Notes under the pieces: model-generated | What the model was told of the DNA's origin: nothing | Database searches by the model: none | What the model saw: the letters and a program-made list of their open reading frames with translations, nothing else | Shown here: positions 60,434 through 64,000 of the stretch, piece by piece | Position numbering within the stretch: the first letter of the stretch is position 1 | Layout: every line of letters begins with the position of its first letter | From: Eledone cirrhosa | Lineage: Eukaryota | Direction: 5' to 3' | Length of the DNA: 64,000 nucleotides | Assembly: GCA_964016885.1 (NCBI GenBank) | Contig: OZ024741.1 | Location: forward strand, 362,204,001-362,268,000 | Translations under genes and position numbers: made by a program

Positions 60434-60805
60434 GTGTGTGTATATATATTCTCGTCTGTGACTTCACAGAACTTATGTTTACCGAATTCGCAGACCAGAC
60501 CCCTTCTTCTTCCCCCCGTTAGACCTGTGCGAAATTCCTTCCTTGCTCACATTTCAACGAGGTTTGATGGTCTTTTGTCTCTTGTTCACGATTTTATCGA
60601 GTTTATATTCATAGAAATCTGGGACTTGTCTCTTTCTTCTCATTTTCTGTTGCTTAAACCATTTTGTTTGTTCACCCTAACGTCCCCTTTATTTACGTGT
60701 CCCAACGACTTTTTTAGCCGTTGTTCGCACCAACCTGAGGTATATGGCCCTTAAAGCGATGAAATGCCTGGGACGGTTGGAGGGTCACTGATGAAGGACC
60801 TACTT

Positions 60806-60879
<74 letters not shown>

Positions 60880-60885
60880 AAATAA

Positions 60886-60935
<50 letters not shown>

Positions 60936-60967
60936 GTATATATGTATATATATATATATATATATAA

Positions 60968-63433
60968 CTTTGAATAACTTTGAAATGTTTTGGCCAGTAT
61001 TGGCCGAGGCCATGTCTAACTTAATAGCACCACCTGGCGAAGTCTTTCAATTCAGGATTTGGGCACCATGGCCCATTCGAGAAGAGAATTACTGTTTGCG
61101 GAGACATATCCGGGTGTGGGTGGTTTGTCCGGGATTACTTGGAGGAATTTGTCCAAAGACTTCTTGAATTTTGTGTGGTCAGTTTCTGTTTTGACGTGTC
61201 CTGGTGTGATGTTGAAGAGAGCAGGGCCGATTGAGGTGAAATAATTGTGCCGTATTGTTGTTATGAGTTGCGATTTAGATTTTTGAATGGGACGGATAGC
61301 ACGGGGCCCAAGCCTTGGGTGTATCTTGAAGGCGATGCCAACATCATTTGGGCAGTGATGATGGAACATTTTCCACATCATGCAGATAATATAACGCTCA
61401 CGGCGACGTTGGAGTGAGTAAAGTTTCAGGTTTTCTAATCGACCCCAGTAGTCAAGGTCTGACATGCCATCTATCTTTTTCGTGATTGCCCTTTGAGGAG
61501 CTTCAAGTTTCATGATACTTTGTTTCGTGTGGGGAGACCACAGTGGACAACAGTATTCAAGGTGTGGTCGGGCGAAAGTAGAGAAGAGAAGGATAATGGT
61601 GCGGGAATCTCTCGACTGGAAGGTTCTGAGGATCCAGGAACACATTCTGCGGGCCATGTCAACTTTGCTGCTTATATGCGTGGTCCAGCTTATGTTGCTG
61701 TCCACGGTTACTCCCAAGTCTCTGATGTTGTTAGATGCCACGAGAGTTTCCCCGGAGGGAAGGGAGTACGGGAGTTTCAGAGCATCCTCTTTTCCAAAGT
61801 GGATCAGTTCGAATTTGTCTTCGTTCAGTAACATGTTGTTCTTTTCTGCCCATTGGGTAACAGCCAGTAGGTCTGACTGAAGGCTTATCCGGTCATCCAC
61901 GCCATTGATGACCTTTTGGAGCTTGGAATCATCAGCGAAAATTTTAATGTTGCTGTGTTTGATGATGTCAGTGATGTCATTAATATAGATGATGAAGAGA
62001 AGTGGGCCCAACACAGTGCCTTGTGGGACCCCACTACTGACTTTGGCTGGGCTTGATTTGACTCCCTCAACTACAACATGTTGGGTTCTGTTTGACAGGA
62101 AGCTCTTGATCCACTGCAGCAGCTTTCCAGTGACACCAATATTGGACAGCTTTCTCAGTAGAATGTTATGATCAACCCTGTCAAAGGCCTTGCTGAAATC
62201 AAGGTAGATAACATCAGTGTTGGAACCCTCTCCCAAGGCTCTCAAAATGTCATCAAAGTGATGCAGTAGCTGCGTCAGGCAATCCCTTCCATTACGGAAT
62301 CCATGCTGGTTGGAGTTCAGCATATTATTACTCTCAAGGAAGTGGGTCATTCGCGATCTCACCACTCGCTCAAATACCTTAATGATATGAGAGGTGAGTG
62401 AGATTGGACGGTAATTCACGGCAAGGGATTTGTTTCCCTTTTTGAAAACTGGGACAACAGACTGGGATAGAAGGTTTTCTGGCACATATCCAGCATCCAG
62501 TGAGTTCCGCCACAGATTGGCAAGAGGAGATGCAAGTTGGTGTTGACACGCCTTCAAGACACAAGCAGGGAACCTATCGGGACCTACTGCTGAATTATGC
62601 TTGATTTCCTTTATTGCCGCCAAGACATCAGAGGCGCCAAACGTTATGTCCGATAAGGTGTAATGGGGAGTAACATCGCCGATACAGCCCAGATCGGCCA
62701 TATCAGGATTGCTGAAAACAGAGCAGTATTGTTTCTGCAGTATCTCACCCATGGTTTTAGCATTGTCTTGAAGAGTGCCATTTTCATCAATTAGAGAGCC
62801 AACAGTAGAGCCAGTGATTTTGTGTTTTTTTGCAAATGAAAAGAACACTTTGGGATTGAGTTTGATCTTCTCAATGGCCCAGGCCTCTTCAGCTCTTCTC
62901 TGATTGTTGATGAGGGACATTATGTTGTTTTGGAGGTTATGTTTTTTAATCTCTAGTGATGAAATGGCAGTCAAGTTGATGTGTTGCTGCTGACAGTATT
63001 TCAGCTTGTTGATTTTTTTGTTCGTTCTCTTAATTTTTCTGATGAGCGTTTTTCTATTTCTAGGGATTCTGCTCTTAGATTTGTTTATATTTCTTAATGG
63101 GGTGTGTTTAGCACATATGTTTGTAACAGTGTCCACAAATGTCTGCCAGGACTTTTTGATGTTAGTGGGTGTATGAGTGTGCGTGAAGGACCAGTCGACA
63201 TGTGCAAGATCATGACTGATCGCTTCCCAGTTTGCATTGTGGAAATCCATAGCGTCAAACGGATGGACAGGAGAGATGACATTGGGTTTGTATATTGGAC
63301 GGTGGAATCTCAGATCACAGAGAACCATGTCATGATCAGAGAGTAGAGTTTTCTCCACTGCAATATTGTGGATATTGTCAGTGTGATTGCTGAAAATTAA
63401 GTCTAGGACGTTTTTGTGGCACCTCGTTGGTGC
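60968..63433 (-). mobile_element. CR1-group LINE, 5'-truncated, with an uninterrupted 793-codon ORF2 part (end of APE + RT)
   Basis: [51 protein letters not shown]; short 3' UTR ending in (TTCAAAGTTA)2; flanked by (TA)n. Confidence 0.92.
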
Positions 63434-63961
<528 letters not shown>

Positions 63962-64000
63962 GGAATAACAGGTTATCGTTATAGGCAATCCACTTAGATG

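Noticed and set aside
60780-60810. CTGATGA in the repeat family also at 25910-26607
   Set aside because: Truncated by (TA)n before any stem II/GAAA; a type II arrangement did not fold convincingly

Overview
This window is AT-rich, microsatellite-dense animal genomic DNA. The repeat landscape suggests an octopod cephalopod, but that is inference. It holds one apparently intact host gene: an 8-exon, 500-aa clan-2 (CYP2-like) cytochrome P450 on the + strand (13872-46767). I reconstructed it by hand from GT-AG boundaries and exon phases. It has atypical catalytic motifs: I-helix GGTDA with no conserved Thr, and C-helix WxxxK. Nearly everything else is transposon-derived: Penelope-like elements (Neptune- and Naiad-type), nested L1/Tx1-like LINEs, an R4/Dong-like element, a CR1-group LINE, mariner and hAT relics, Helitron-like pieces and many tRNA-derived SINEs. 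The strongest signal absent from the ORF track is RNA structure. I read about 16 type-I hammerhead ribozyme motifs from several unrelated repeat families. They include tandem ~0.4-0.5 kb non-coding retrozyme-like units, hammerheads with ~100-nt stem II extensions, and several copies in sense orientation inside the P450 introns. Most short ORFs in the track are microsatellite artefacts. Mobile-element boundaries are approximate.
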